In this document: piece by piece, positions 28,042 to 38,280 of the stretch
Position numbering within the stretch: position 1 is the stretch's first letter
Layout of the letters: each line of letters starts with the position of its first letter
Source: a virus
Taxonomy: Duplodnaviria; Caudoviricetes
Direction: 5' to 3' (one strand)
DNA: 64,000 nucleotides
Virus record (IMG/VR): IMGVR_UViG_2882238243_000002
Span: 64,001-128,000 of that record
Program-made: the position numbers and the translations under genes
Notes under the pieces: generated by a model
Told to the model about the DNA's origin: nothing
What the model saw: the letters and a program-made list of their open reading frames with translations, nothing else
Databases searched by the model: none

Positions 28042-28723
28042 AAGAACCATTGATTATTTTTCTTACTGCGTAAGGAAGTAAATAATGTTCACTATGATCA
28101 ATGAACTTTTGTCCATATTTATGTCTTATGTTTGTAACGTAGGTGTCGAAACCTGTATAACTGTAATCATAATTTAGTTTATTTACTATATCACAATATT
28201 TACTATTATTATACTGCCTGAAAGTCCAACAAGTATTAGGTCTAATGCTATAAATGGAACAAATGTTATCATTTAAAAATAAACATTGTTTGTTCAATTT
28301 TGAATATTCTAAGTTTATGTTGTAACTTTCGTCGTTTGTTATATGCAATATTTTGAATGGTACAAGTGACTCGTTCACAGCATTACATATATTGTTGGCA
28401 GTGTTGCCAAGATACCTTTTAACTCTTTTATTTAAAAAATTTATATGGTACTTTAACATTTCAAATTCAATAGGATCAATATAAATAGCTTGTGAACAAC
28501 ACTTAGAGCAGCCAATAGTGCATACGCATTTTAAGCCACAATTATGTTCGACAAGATTAATCATGTCAGTTGCACGTATTATTTCTTGTGAATTCCAATC
28601 AGTCAAATCTTTCAAATCTTTAAAATTTGGAGAAACGCCTAGATTAAAAGCTATTTTATTTTGATTATCTTTAATGTAATTTAGAATTTCTTTTGTTTTT
28701 AAATTCCAAATAAATTTACTCAT
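28040..28723 (-). CDS. YkgJ/CxxCxxCC cysteine-cluster protein
   Basis: CTIGCSKCC and CLFL..CSIYSIRPNTC; own minus-strand promoter TTTACT-17-TATAAT (28774-28746). Confidence 0.85.
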   Translation of the reverse strand: MSKFIWNLKTKEILNYIKDNQNKIAFNLGVSPNFKDLKDLTDWNSQEIIRATDMINLVEHNCGLKCVCTIGCSKCCSQAIYIDPIEFEMLKYHINFLNKRVKRYLGNTANNICNAVNESLVPFKILHITNDESYNINLEYSKLNKQCLFLNDNICSIYSIRPNTCWTFRQYNNSKYCDIVNKLNYDYSYTGFDTYVTNIRHKYGQKFIDHSEHYLLPYAVRKIINGS

Positions 28724-28847
28724 ATATACAACACTCCTTTGGGGAATTATAGCAAAAATAAAATAAGAAGTAAATAGAAAGATACTAGTAAAGTAGATAT
28801 ATAAAAAATATAAATGGAGACGAAATCAGGATTTTAACGGAAAAAAG

Positions 28848-28893
28848 TATCAACATATAGTGGCAAATACAATATAAACACAACATATAGTAT
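28848..28893 (+). promoter_or_regulatory. tandem NrdR-box-like sites
   Basis: CAACATATAGT at 28851 and 28881 (30-bp spacing). Confidence 0.5.
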
Positions 28894-28911
28894 GTAAAAA
28901 GGAGAGAAAAT

Positions 28912-30966
28912 ATGGGATTTATTAAATTCAAAGAGGAATTGCAAAAGCATTTTAAAGAAATGACTAAAGATGTGACACATTTATTTGAGGTGGAAGTAGA
29001 TAAGGATGAATTATGGAATACCTATCTTAGTAGTTATCCACCCGGTACTAATAAAATATTTAGAGAACGTACAGAAAATGATTGCAGTTGTTGCCGACAC
29101 TTTATTAAAAATATTGGCAACGCAGTTATTATCAAAGACAATCAAGTACATACAGTTTGGGATTTAGAACTAAATGATACTACATATCAACCAGTAGCAA
29201 ATGCATTGGCATCTTTTATTAAATCTAATGTTGTAACTGATATCTATATTAGTAAGGAAAAGAAAATTGGCACCGATTTCAATTATGAAGATATGAACGG
29301 AAAAATGCATAAATGGGATCATTTTTATCTTGACTTACCGGACAAGTTTGTTGATAGAAGTAGCCGTTCAATTGGAGATATTCAGGGAGGATTTAGAGAT
29401 ACAAGAAATGTATTTAAGCGTTCATTAGATGAAATTTCTATAAGTGCACTTGATACAGTTTTAGAACTTATCAATTCGAATACTCTCTACAAAGGTGAAG
29501 AATGGAAAGGCGTACTTACAGAATTTCGTAAATATAAGAAAGAATATGACAAATTATCATCCGAAAAAGAGAAAGAATTATATACATGGGAACAATCTGT
29601 AAAAGCTGGTGTGGCTATTGGCAGAATTAGAAACCATAGTATTGGAACATTGCTCGTTAATATCAGTGAAGATATGGATTTAGACTTAGCTGTTAAGAAA
29701 TATGAACAGATAGTAGCTCCGTCGAATTATAAACGCCCAAAGGCTATTTTTACCAAGAAAATGCTTGAAGACGCACAGAAAACTATTACAGAATTGGGTT
29801 ATATGGATTCGTTAAATAGAAGATTTGCAACGCTTGATGATATTACGGTGAATAATATTCTTTTCTCAAATAAGGATTCCGCTAAAAGAATTGTGGGAGT
29901 GGATGATATTTTTGGAGAAATGGAAAAAGATGTTGTTGTAAATCCTAAGAGATTTTCTAAGGTAGAGGATGTTACTGCAAAAGATTTTATTGACAATGTA
30001 CTTCCAACTACAAAAGAGGTTGAGGTGTTTGTAGAGAATAAACATGATAAGAATTTTGTATCTTTAATTGCCCCAATTAATCCAGATGCTAAAACAATGT
30101 TTAAGTGGAATAATGGAATGAGTTGGGCTTACACAGGAAATATCACAGATAGTGACATGAAACAAAACGTGAAGGCTGCCGGTGGTAATGTAGATGGTGT
30201 TTTAAGATTTTCCATTCAATGGAATGAGGATGGAAAAGACAATTGTGATTTGGATGCACATTGTAAAGAGCCTAATGGTAATGAGATTTATTTCGGCTCT
30301 GATAGAAAACCAGATGTTTCAAGGTTGGGTGGTCAGTTGGATGTTGATATTGTTAATCCTGGTGGTAAAGTAGCTGTTGAAAATATTACATGGGCAGATC
30401 AATTAAAAATGCAACCAGGTATATATAGATTTTTCGCACACCAATATTCTGGTAGTGTGAGAAATGGATTTAGGGCAGAGATTGAATTCAATGGTGAAAT
30501 CTATTCATTCGATTATAATAAATCAATAAGAAGTGGTGAGAATGTTCAAGTAGCAGAAGTTACTTTGGATGTAAACGGAGAATTTACCATTAAAGAGAAA
30601 TTATCTGGTAGTTCAACGATTTCAAGTAGGGATGTTTGGGGAGTGAGTACAAATCAGTTTACACCAGTTTCCGTGATTTGCTATAGCCCTAACTACTTTG
30701 ATGAGCAAGACGGTATTGGACACAGACATCTGTTCTTCATGTTGAAAGATTGTGTGAATCCAGAGTCACCGAATGGCTACTATAACGAGTTTTTAAAGAA
30801 TGAGTTAGCAGACCATAAAAGGGTTTTCGAGGCATTGGGAGCAAAGTGCAAGGTAGAAGATTTAGAAGATCAGCTTTCAGGAGTTGGATTTAGTATGACA
30901 AAGCGAGCTGATTTAATAGTTAAAGTAAAAGGCGCAACAGAAAGAGTAATGAAAATTAAATTTTAA
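28912..30966 (+). CDS. large phage protein with a YfaP/DUF2135-like domain
   Basis: DCSCCRHF; W..DLDAH..EP.G..IYF..GQLDVD..ENITW..GIY. Confidence 0.75.
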   Translation: MGFIKFKEELQKHFKEMTKDVTHLFEVEVDKDELWNTYLSSYPPGTNKIFRERTENDCSCCRHFIKNIGNAVIIKDNQVHTVWDLELNDTTYQPVANALASFIKSNVVTDIYISKEKKIGTDFNYEDMNGKMHKWDHFYLDLPDKFVDRSSRSIGDIQGGFRDTRNVFKRSLDEISISALDTVLELINSNTLYKGEEWKGVLTEFRKYKKEYDKLSSEKEKELYTWEQSVKAGVAIGRIRNHSIGTLLVNISEDMDLDLAVKKYEQIVAPSNYKRPKAIFTKKMLEDAQKTITELGYMDSLNRRFATLDDITVNNILFSNKDSAKRIVGVDDIFGEMEKDVVVNPKRFSKVEDVTAKDFIDNVLPTTKEVEVFVENKHDKNFVSLIAPINPDAKTMFKWNNGMSWAYTGNITDSDMKQNVKAAGGNVDGVLRFSIQWNEDGKDNCDLDAHCKEPNGNEIYFGSDRKPDVSRLGGQLDVDIVNPGGKVAVENITWADQLKMQPGIYRFFAHQYSGSVRNGFRAEIEFNGEIYSFDYNKSIRSGENVQVAEVTLDVNGEFTIKEKLSGSSTISSRDVWGVSTNQFTPVSVICYSPNYFDEQDGIGHRHLFFMLKDCVNPESPNGYYNEFLKNELADHKRVFEALGAKCKVEDLEDQLSGVGFSMTKRADLIVKVKGATERVMKIKF

Positions 30967-31020
30967 TTTGGTCCTATGTCAAGATTTAGTACAAGTTAAA
31001 ATGAGAAAAAATTCCTCACA

Positions 31021-31935
31021 TTAACTTGCTAGAAGCAGGCGGCCATCTTGGCTCTGCTCATATAGTTTTTCAAAGTCATTTGGTGACATATAATCACAGT
31101 GACTGTGGATACGTTTTGTATTATAAAATGCCTCTAGATATTCAAATACGAGGCGATAAGCCTGGTCGAAATCGAGGATATGAAATCGGTTCAGCCACTC
31201 CCGTTTTATGAGTGCATGAAATGATTCAATACATGCATTATCCCATGGGAAGGCCTTTTTTGAATAACTACGCTTCATATTTTCGGTTGCTTCGTTGTAG
31301 GCTTTTGAAACATACTGAGAGCCGCGATCGCTGTGTATAATCAACGGAAGATCTGTTTTGCGACGTGCTTTTGCTTTGGTTATGGCATCAATTACACAAG
31401 AAACCTCTAACGTTTCTGAAAGTGTCCATGCAATGATTTTCCTGGAATACAAATCCATAATGCTTGTCAGATAGACAAATCCGTCTACGGTCCAAATATA
31501 AGTGATATCGGTGCACCAAACAGCGTTAGGGCGGTCAGGATTGAATTGTTCATCAAGGATATTTTGAAGTTCGTTACTAAAATCAGAATCTTTTGTAGTG
31601 ATTGTCCATGGTTTTACCCATTGCGCTTTAATTCCCATTTCCTTCATGTAGGTACCAACCGTTCGTTCTGCAATAACTTCTCCCTTTTTTTTGAGCTCTT
31701 TGGTGATTTTGGGAGCACCATAGTTTTGTTTGGAGCCATCATAAATCTCTCTTATTTTGGCCTTTATAGTTTTCTTTCGTACGAGTGTATTTGAAGGAGT
31801 TTTTCTTAAAAATGCGAAATATCCCGATCGTGAAACGCCTAAGATTCGCAGCACTCTGGAGACAGAAACACGGCGTCCGTTTTTCTTGGAAGCTTCTGTC
31901 TTCTCAGATACTTCGAGGTAAATGGCTTGCGTCAT
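31021..31935 (-). CDS. IS3 transposase OrfB (DDE)
   Basis: WCTDITY, HSDRGSQY and DNACIESF motifs. Confidence 0.95.
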   Translation of the reverse strand: MTQAIYLEVSEKTEASKKNGRRVSVSRVLRILGVSRSGYFAFLRKTPSNTLVRKKTIKAKIREIYDGSKQNYGAPKITKELKKKGEVIAERTVGTYMKEMGIKAQWVKPWTITTKDSDFSNELQNILDEQFNPDRPNAVWCTDITYIWTVDGFVYLTSIMDLYSRKIIAWTLSETLEVSCVIDAITKAKARRKTDLPLIIHSDRGSQYVSKAYNEATENMKRSYSKKAFPWDNACIESFHALIKREWLNRFHILDFDQAYRLVFEYLEAFYNTKRIHSHCDYMSPNDFEKLYEQSQDGRLLLAS

Positions 31936-32231
31936 TTTCCCAGAATGCCGATGGCTTTTTTTAACACATCAAGTGCATCCTGTGTGTCGCGCAATTCACG
32001 CTTAAGACGGGCAATCTCCTTTTCTTCATCCGAAGAGAAATTTCCAGAGCCTCTAGATTCGAGATCACCTGTCTCACGAAATTCTCTTTGCCATCTTGAT
32101 ATAGACTGGTGGCTGATTCCAAGATTGTTGGCACAGCCAATCAAACCAAGCTCCTTGTGGTCATGATAGTACTGGATGCAATCCAATTTAAATTGTTTGT
32201 CATAGTTCTTCGGCATAATGAGACCCTCCAT
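31932..32231 (-). CDS. IS3 transposase OrfA
   Basis: HTH + leucine zipper; A7G slippery site (about 31955-31962) gives -1 fusion to OrfB. Confidence 0.92.
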   Translation of the reverse strand: MEGLIMPKNYDKQFKLDCIQYYHDHKELGLIGCANNLGISHQSISRWQREFRETGDLESRGSGNFSSDEEKEIARLKRELRDTQDALDVLKKAIGILGK

Positions 32232-32335
32232 GATTCAGTACAAGTATTGTACCATAATTTTTTATATTGGAATTTCTCATTTTGACTTGTACTATTTAAA
32301 TTCTAACATCAATTAAGAAAAGGAGAATAAGGATT

Positions 32336-32725
32336 ATGAGTACAGAAAAAATGTTTATTTTAGCAACTAGAAACAAGATGAGGTTTCCTTATAAGGGAAT
32401 GGTTTCAGTGGAAGATTTGTGGGATATGAGCGTATCTGCGCTTGACTCAGTATTTAAAAATCTCAATTCACAGAAGAAACAAGCAGAAGAAGAAAGCTTA
32501 TTAAATACAAAATCTAATGCTGATGAGGAACTCGAATTACAGATTGAAATTGTAAAATACATCGTATCCGTAAAATTATCAGAAAAAGAAACAAGGGAAA
32601 AAGCAAATATAATGAGAGAACAAAAACAAAAGATTATGCAAATTATGGCTACTAAACAGGATGAAGCCTTGCAGAATGCATCATTTGATGATTTACAGAA
32701 AATGCTTGATGAATTAGGAGAATAA
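32336..32725 (+). CDS. hypothetical phage protein
   Basis: RFPYKGMVSVEDLWD motif; coiled coil. Confidence 0.75.
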   Translation: MSTEKMFILATRNKMRFPYKGMVSVEDLWDMSVSALDSVFKNLNSQKKQAEEESLLNTKSNADEELELQIEIVKYIVSVKLSEKETREKANIMREQKQKIMQIMATKQDEALQNASFDDLQKMLDELGE

Positions 32726-32731
32726 TATTAT

Positions 32732-32765
32732 AGGGTTAGTTGGTGTAACGGCTGGCTAACCCTTT
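32732..32765 (+). terminator. GU-rich hairpin, probable terminator
   Basis: 13-bp stem with GTAACG loop followed by Ts. Confidence 0.55.
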
Positions 32766-33414
32766 GAAGCAACGATTTCTTTCGAAGAAAGTAGGTGAAA
32801 TAATGCAAATGGAAACGCGTGTTGTTATAACCGATTATAATAAGTATTGGAGAAGTTACAAAAATACTGTTGGGCATCACGGAACAATTAAAAGCGAAAT
32901 AAGTAGTGCTGGAAATTACGCAGTGAAGATAGACGATTTACGAAATGATAAGTTTAGTAGTGCAACCGGATGTTTCTGGATTAATAAAGAATATTTAAAA
33001 TTAGAAAGCGAGGAAAATAATATGAGTAAATTAACAGGATTTAAAGCAGTAGCAGTGGTTAATCAAGGATATAAAAATTATCATTTTGCTATTTACGAAG
33101 ATAATACAGAGTATCAAGTAGGGGATAGAATTATTGTGTCTGGAAGCGAAACTATACATACTATTACAGAAATCATTACGCCGGAAGAAGCAGAGCAAAG
33201 ATATAAGGGGAATATAACAGCCGAGGTTATAGGGAAAGTAGATACTTCTGCTTATGAAGAAAGAGTTGCCAAGAGAAAAGAAGCGGAAGAATTAAAGAAG
33301 TCTATGGATAGGGCTATTAGGGAAATGGACGAGGTAAATAAGTACGAGATGTATGCAAATCAGAATCCTATTTTGAAAGAAATGTTGGATAAATATAAGA
33401 AGTTAGTTGGGTGA
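32764..33414 (+). CDS. hypothetical protein
   Basis: ORF; likely ATG start at about 32803-32809. Confidence 0.7.
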   Translation: MKQRFLSKKVGEIMQMETRVVITDYNKYWRSYKNTVGHHGTIKSEISSAGNYAVKIDDLRNDKFSSATGCFWINKEYLKLESEENNMSKLTGFKAVAVVNQGYKNYHFAIYEDNTEYQVGDRIIVSGSETIHTITEIITPEEAEQRYKGNITAEVIGKVDTSAYEERVAKRKEAEELKKSMDRAIREMDEVNKYEMYANQNPILKEMLDKYKKLVG

Positions 33415-33790
33415 TGTGATGAAAAAAGAAAAGTGGTTAGTGACGGAAAGTTCTACTAGACCAGCCGGTAAACCAGACAGATGTTTTTATTGCGGCCAAT
33501 TGATAGGCGAACAACACAAAGAAGATTGTGTTATTAGAAGTAAAACGGTTGTTGTAGATTTTACATTTAGAACTGTACTATCTGTTCCTGAGTGTTGGGA
33601 CGAAGAACAAATATGTCTCCATTATAACGATGGGTCTTGGTGTGCTGATAATATATTGTCTGAATTAGACGGCAGAAGTGAGAAGATGGGATGCAACTGC
33701 GATATCTATAAAGCTAAATTTATTAGAGATGCAGATGAGAGAGATGAAGAAAAATATGGTGTTACATATATTTCAGAAAAAGAAAGCTAA
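33407..33790 (+). CDS. hypothetical Cys/His-containing protein
   Basis: CFYC..H..C. Confidence 0.7.
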   Translation: MGDVMKKEKWLVTESSTRPAGKPDRCFYCGQLIGEQHKEDCVIRSKTVVVDFTFRTVLSVPECWDEEQICLHYNDGSWCADNILSELDGRSEKMGCNCDIYKAKFIRDADERDEEKYGVTYISEKES

Positions 33791-33799
33791 AAAGAGAAT

Positions 33800-33915
33800 A
33801 AATAAAAGAACAGTCTGACTAACTTTGGTCGGTGAGCAGACTGTTCTTGCAACACAACTAGGGATAATCCTGAGTTGATATTCTAATTATATCAATTCTG
33901 AAATGGCTTAGTCAA
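33800..33915 (-). ncRNA. candidate antisense sRNA unit C
   Basis: minus-strand TTGACT-18-TATAAT; 12-bp hairpin at 33806-33848 followed by a U-rich tail. Confidence 0.5.
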
Positions 33916-34032
33916 GCCTATTATCCCATTAAATAATGCTTTCATTTATTTTTAAAAGAAAGTGAAGAAATATAAATATAGGAGGAAAGAGGTTTTGTAT
34001 ACCGTTAAGTTGCAACTTACTCCTCATACATA

Positions 34033-34183
34033 ATGGAAATAAAAAGAGTTTGGTAAATGCCAAATAAAAATACATTTTCTATCATGCCTATAAGATAATT
34101 AATACATAAAGGAAATTTTATTGGTTCCTTATGGTGGTTGGCATAATGATACGATTGTTGTTGTAGAAAGAAAATCAAATTAA
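34033..34183 (+). pseudogene. internally deleted remnant of a phage methyltransferase-like gene
   Basis: MEIKRVW*MPNKNTFSIMPIR*LIHK joined out of frame to EILLVPYGGWHNDTIVVVERK; family recognised from memory. Confidence 0.5.
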
Positions 34184-34238
34184 AAGACTGAGTTCATCGG
34201 TCAACAAAAAAAGAAAGGACAAAAAATTTATTTCACCG

Positions 34239-34814
34239 GTGGAGCTGCGCAGCGATAGATTTGGTGGAAGATTGGGATTAAACATAGGATATTTAACATC
34301 TGATATAGAAGACAATGAATTATTTTCTCCTTATTATATAGTAGATCATATAGTCAAATACTTACCAAAGGATAAGATTATTTGGTGCCCATTTGATGAT
34401 GAGTGGTCTGCATTTTATCAGAGATTAAATGAAGAAGGATTTAATGTCGTAAGAAGTTCTTTGATGGAAGGATGTAATTTCTTTGAATATGAACCTGATA
34501 ATTGGGATATCGTTGTATCAAATCCACCTTTTTCAGTAAAGGACAAGATATTAGAACGATTGTATTCATTTAACAAACCGTTTGCAATATTACTTCCACT
34601 CAATTCATTACAGGGGAAAACAAGATATAAATATTTCAAAGAAGGTATTCAGATTCTTAGTTTTGATGCGAGAGTTAGCTATCACGATAAAGAACATATG
34701 GATAGTGTGGTAAAAGGAAGTCCGTTTGCAACAGCTTATTTCTGTAGAGATTTACTTCCAAAGGATCTGATAATTGAGAAACTGGTTACATATGAAAGAC
34801 CGCTGATAGGATAA
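34239..34814 (+). CDS. phage DNA methyltransferase-like protein (NPPF motif)
   Basis: IWCPFD and DIVVSNPPFS. Confidence 0.75.
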   Translation: MELRSDRFGGRLGLNIGYLTSDIEDNELFSPYYIVDHIVKYLPKDKIIWCPFDDEWSAFYQRLNEEGFNVVRSSLMEGCNFFEYEPDNWDIVVSNPPFSVKDKILERLYSFNKPFAILLPLNSLQGKTRYKYFKEGIQILSFDARVSYHDKEHMDSVVKGSPFATAYFCRDLLPKDLIIEKLVTYERPLIG

Positions 34815-35021
34815 ATGGAGGAAGCAATAATGGAATTAGTTATGTGGGTATTAGTGGATGATAATGACAAAGTAGTGGATCAAGTTTTACTTTCTATAAA
34901 TGATGAAGAGAAAGCAATTGATACATTTGCAATTCGAGGTGTAAAAGGCAAATATTTCTTTGGTTATTTAAAAAATAATGGAAGTAGCCATATTTCAAAA
35001 GTAGCAAAACAAGTATTTTAA
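34815..35021 (+). CDS. hypothetical protein
   Basis: GGAGG RBS. Confidence 0.6.
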   Translation: MEEAIMELVMWVLVDDNDKVVDQVLLSINDEEKAIDTFAIRGVKGKYFFGYLKNNGSSHISKVAKQVF

Positions 35022-35064
35022 ACTAATGAAATTTTAGTTTCCTTTGAAGAGAGGTGGTGGAATT

Positions 35065-35601
35065 ATTAAAGTAATATTTTTAGATGTAGATGGAGAACTT
35101 ACATATTCAGGATATAGGAATGAATTAACAAATGGCATTGATCCAAAAAAAGTGTCACTATTAAAAAAGATAGTAGATGCTACAAATGCAATTATTGTGT
35201 TGTCATCTTCTTGGAAGGTTGGATTTGAAAAGGAAACCGGTATAAAGAGAAGGTTCTATCAAGTGTTGGAAAGTGTACTAAACGATTTCGGACTAAAAAT
35301 CTTCGATGTTACACCAGATATCCCAGCTCAAATTTCTGATGACAACCCAGCAGTTGAAGTAATGACTCTCGAAGACACGATTAATATCAAGTGTGTTTAC
35401 GGCACTGGTAGAGGAGCAGAGGTAAGAAAGTGGATTGATGATAATAAGCCTGAGTCATATGTAATTTTAGATGATGAAAATCACGATTGGTCTGATTATG
35501 CTTTAGAGAAAAATTGGATTCAACCAAGTTGGTTTGATAAGAATGGCGGATTACATCAAGAACATGTAGATAAGGCAATTGCAGTATTAAACAGATTATA
35601 A
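35065..35601 (+). CDS. HAD-superfamily phosphatase (RNA-repair-associated type)
   Basis: IFLDVDG, IVLSSSW and YVILDD motifs; ATT start inferred after GAGGTGG. Confidence 0.8.
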   Translation: MKVIFLDVDGELTYSGYRNELTNGIDPKKVSLLKKIVDATNAIIVLSSSWKVGFEKETGIKRRFYQVLESVLNDFGLKIFDVTPDIPAQISDDNPAVEVMTLEDTINIKCVYGTGRGAEVRKWIDDNKPESYVILDDENHDWSDYALEKNWIQPSWFDKNGGLHQEHVDKAIAVLNRL

Positions 35602-35755
35602 AAGGGGAATTGTAATGAATAGTGTTACAGAAACAGTAATAGGATCGGGATTGACAATGCCAGAAGCTTTGGTTGTATGCGTTTTGATCATTGTTGTGGG
35701 TATTATTATTTATAAATTGATAGACTCGATTTTTTAATTAGAGGAGAATGTATAA

Positions 35756-36076
35756 TTGAGAACAGAAAATGTAAAAGTAACATTTGAAATCCCTTGCCAT
35801 TTTGATGAGCCTGATTGCAATGGAGATATTTATACAAGAGAGTCATGGGAAGAAGCTGTTAAGAAGGCAGTTGGATTACCCATTGAAATTATTAATGATG
35901 ATGGTAGTTCGACAGTTGTTGGTGTTATTCGGGAGTTTGAATTAATTGATGATGGTGAGAATTCGTACATAAAAGCAGTTGGCTCATTGTGGCATGGTGG
36001 AACATCAGAGTCAGTTATATTTACTAGAAACAAGATAACAAGTGTTGAGTTGTGCGGTGTTGGGATTACAAAATAA
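35756..36076 (+). CDS. hypothetical protein
   Basis: GAGGAG RBS. Confidence 0.65.
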   Translation: MRTENVKVTFEIPCHFDEPDCNGDIYTRESWEEAVKKAVGLPIEIINDDGSSTVVGVIREFELIDDGENSYIKAVGSLWHGGTSESVIFTRNKITSVELCGVGITK

Positions 36077-36093
36077 GGTATGGAGGATAAAAA

Positions 36094-36978
36094 TTGGATT
36101 TTAAGATTATAGATTGCATTGATTACATTTATATTTCAAAAAATGAAAGATATAGCACGTCTCTTGATAATTTATTTTTTGATGGAGAAAAAGCAGAAAA
36201 AACAAATAAAAATGGGTGGTACAAATTACCTCGTATTCCCAAAAACATAACAATTAAAAAGCCAAATGAGCAAATAGATAAAAGGTATGAATTAAAATCT
36301 GGTTATGCTGCTACAGAATTAATGCCACAAATCATTACAATGGGAATGTATAACACTGATGAATATGATGAAATAATTGGTTGCTATTCATTAAAATATG
36401 ATGAGATAGATGGCGGATTTGAGGACGTAGAATTCACTATTGATAAAGTATACACGAAGAAAGATTTTGAATTTATTCCGAATACATATCAAGCAAGTGT
36501 TGGGCTATTGACAGAAATCGAATATCCAGAGGAAATTTATCAGGATATGCCATGTAAATTGGATTCCAAGCAGGTTTTTGATTTGATTAGGGAACATGTA
36601 AAAGCTAATATAAATACTTCTATTGCAAAAGTAACTTCTGATTATGATTTTCATTTTGAAGTGACAAGAAGTATCGGATTGGCTAATCCATATACAAAAA
36701 TGGTTGATACAAATAATTCTTGGATGAATAAAAGAAGAAAGCCAAAATGGGTTGAAAAAATGGTATCTGATAAATCTGTTCCTATCTTAAATATTAAGAC
36801 ACCCAGTTCAAGTGATTATGGAAAAGATTGCGTAATTCCTTCTCCAATAATAGGGGAAAATTATAAAGATTTAGAGAAAAAGGTTAACAGCTATTTAGAT
36901 GAAATTATGATTAATATTAATAAAAAATATTGTGAATGTCCTCAATGTCAGGGTTGGGGAGTTGTGGAGGTGGAATAA
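36094..36978 (+). CDS. hypothetical protein with C-terminal CxxCxG
   Basis: 294-aa ORF; GGAGG RBS. Confidence 0.75.
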   Translation: MDFKIIDCIDYIYISKNERYSTSLDNLFFDGEKAEKTNKNGWYKLPRIPKNITIKKPNEQIDKRYELKSGYAATELMPQIITMGMYNTDEYDEIIGCYSLKYDEIDGGFEDVEFTIDKVYTKKDFEFIPNTYQASVGLLTEIEYPEEIYQDMPCKLDSKQVFDLIREHVKANINTSIAKVTSDYDFHFEVTRSIGLANPYTKMVDTNNSWMNKRRKPKWVEKMVSDKSVPILNIKTPSSSDYGKDCVIPSPIIGENYKDLEKKVNSYLDEIMININKKYCECPQCQGWGVVEVE

Positions 36979-37254
36979 ATGGCTACGATAAAATTTAGTA
37001 AAGACTATCTTAAGAACGAACTTGATTTACCTTATGAAAATACAATTGTTGATAATATTATTGACACTGGAAGATGGTCTATTTATCACGAAATAGTGTT
37101 TGCAGATAAAGGGAAGTTTTACATGACGACTTATTCAGAAGGAGCTACTGAGTGTCAGTATGAAATTCCTTGGGAATACGAAGACGAGATTGAATGTACC
37201 GAAGTAGAGTTAAAAGAAGTAAAGATTAAGAAATGGGTTCCAGTAGAGAATTAA
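36979..37254 (+). CDS. hypothetical protein
   Basis: GGAGGTG RBS; GRW and GATE.Q motifs. Confidence 0.7.
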   Translation: MATIKFSKDYLKNELDLPYENTIVDNIIDTGRWSIYHEIVFADKGKFYMTTYSEGATECQYEIPWEYEDEIECTEVELKEVKIKKWVPVEN

Positions 37255-37602
37255 TCATAAGAATTACGAATTTCGTTGGAGGTAAGAAATGTAAATGGAC
37301 AATACGATAGAAACAAAAGCTCTAATTAAGTTGATTGAAAATTCCGCAATTGGACGTTCGACGAGTTATTGGAAAGGTTTCGTCAAGGCTGATGACCTTA
37401 TAAAAATAGCGAATATGATTAACAAAGGTGAAATTGATAAATTCGGGAATGACATAGCAGAAATAGATAAATAAAAATTACAGAAAGGATTAGGGTGCTG
37501 CAGCCAATAGTCATATGAGCCTTTCGGTAGTTAAAAATAGAGAAAAATATTTACTAAATGAAGATTGTCTTACAGGGATGAAAAGGATTAAGGAGGAACG
37601 TT

Positions 37603-38274
37603 ATATTAGAAATTTTAGCAAATGATGAACAGAGAGTTATAAAACTATATGTAGAAGATAGATTTTCGTTACGAATGATAGCAGATGAATATGGAACAGA
37701 TCATCATAGAATAAAAAGAATATTAGAAAAAAATGAAATAGAAATTACCAGAAAGAATAGAAAAAGAAAAAGTTCTAAGGGTTACAAAAGAAAACCATTT
37801 ACAGATGAGCATAGAAAGAACATAGGATTGGCACAAAAAGGCAAGGTGGCAAGAAACAAAGGTAAAAAGATGCCAAAAGAATCTTTATATAAGAACATAC
37901 TCGGACACCTACATAGAAAAGTTTCTTTAGAGTGGCTACGATCGTTTGAGGATATAGAAAAATTAAAATACTTAAACCATATTATGAGTAGAGATAGAGT
38001 TGGTAAAAACTTCGCTAATGAAGAATATATAAATTTTATAGAATATTTTTATTATAATAAAGGATTCAATAATACATATGATAATTGGATAAATGAGAAT
38101 AAAGCGAAATACGCAAAGCCGTCATTAGACCATATAATTCCACTATCCAATGGAGGTGGTTGGGATTTGAGTAATCTCAGAATAATTCCATGGTGTGTGA
38201 ATAGAGCAAAATTTAATTATAACCCAAATGAATGGGAACATATAAAACATAATTATTTAACGAAAGAGTGGTGA
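37603..38274 (+). CDS. NUMOD3-like/HNH homing endonuclease
   Basis: FTDEHRKNIGLAQKG and PSLDHIIPLSNGG..SNLR..N..K; ATA start inferred after AGGAGG. Confidence 0.85.
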   Translation: MLEILANDEQRVIKLYVEDRFSLRMIADEYGTDHHRIKRILEKNEIEITRKNRKRKSSKGYKRKPFTDEHRKNIGLAQKGKVARNKGKKMPKESLYKNILGHLHRKVSLEWLRSFEDIEKLKYLNHIMSRDRVGKNFANEEYINFIEYFYYNKGFNNTYDNWINENKAKYAKPSLDHIIPLSNGGGWDLSNLRIIPWCVNRAKFNYNPNEWEHIKHNYLTKEW

Positions 38275-38280
38275 TGAAAA

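Larger units (their letters stand above)
30969..32311 (-). mobile_element. IS3-family insertion sequence (1343 bp)
   Basis: TG..CA ends; imperfect IRs sharing TAGTACAAGTYAAAATGAGAAA; 3-bp ATT target duplication (30966-30968 and 32312-32314). Confidence 0.93.

Noticed and set aside
34105-34121. Repeat-like sequence at the pseudogene deletion junction
   Set aside because: Poor match in AT-rich coding remnants; likely chance.
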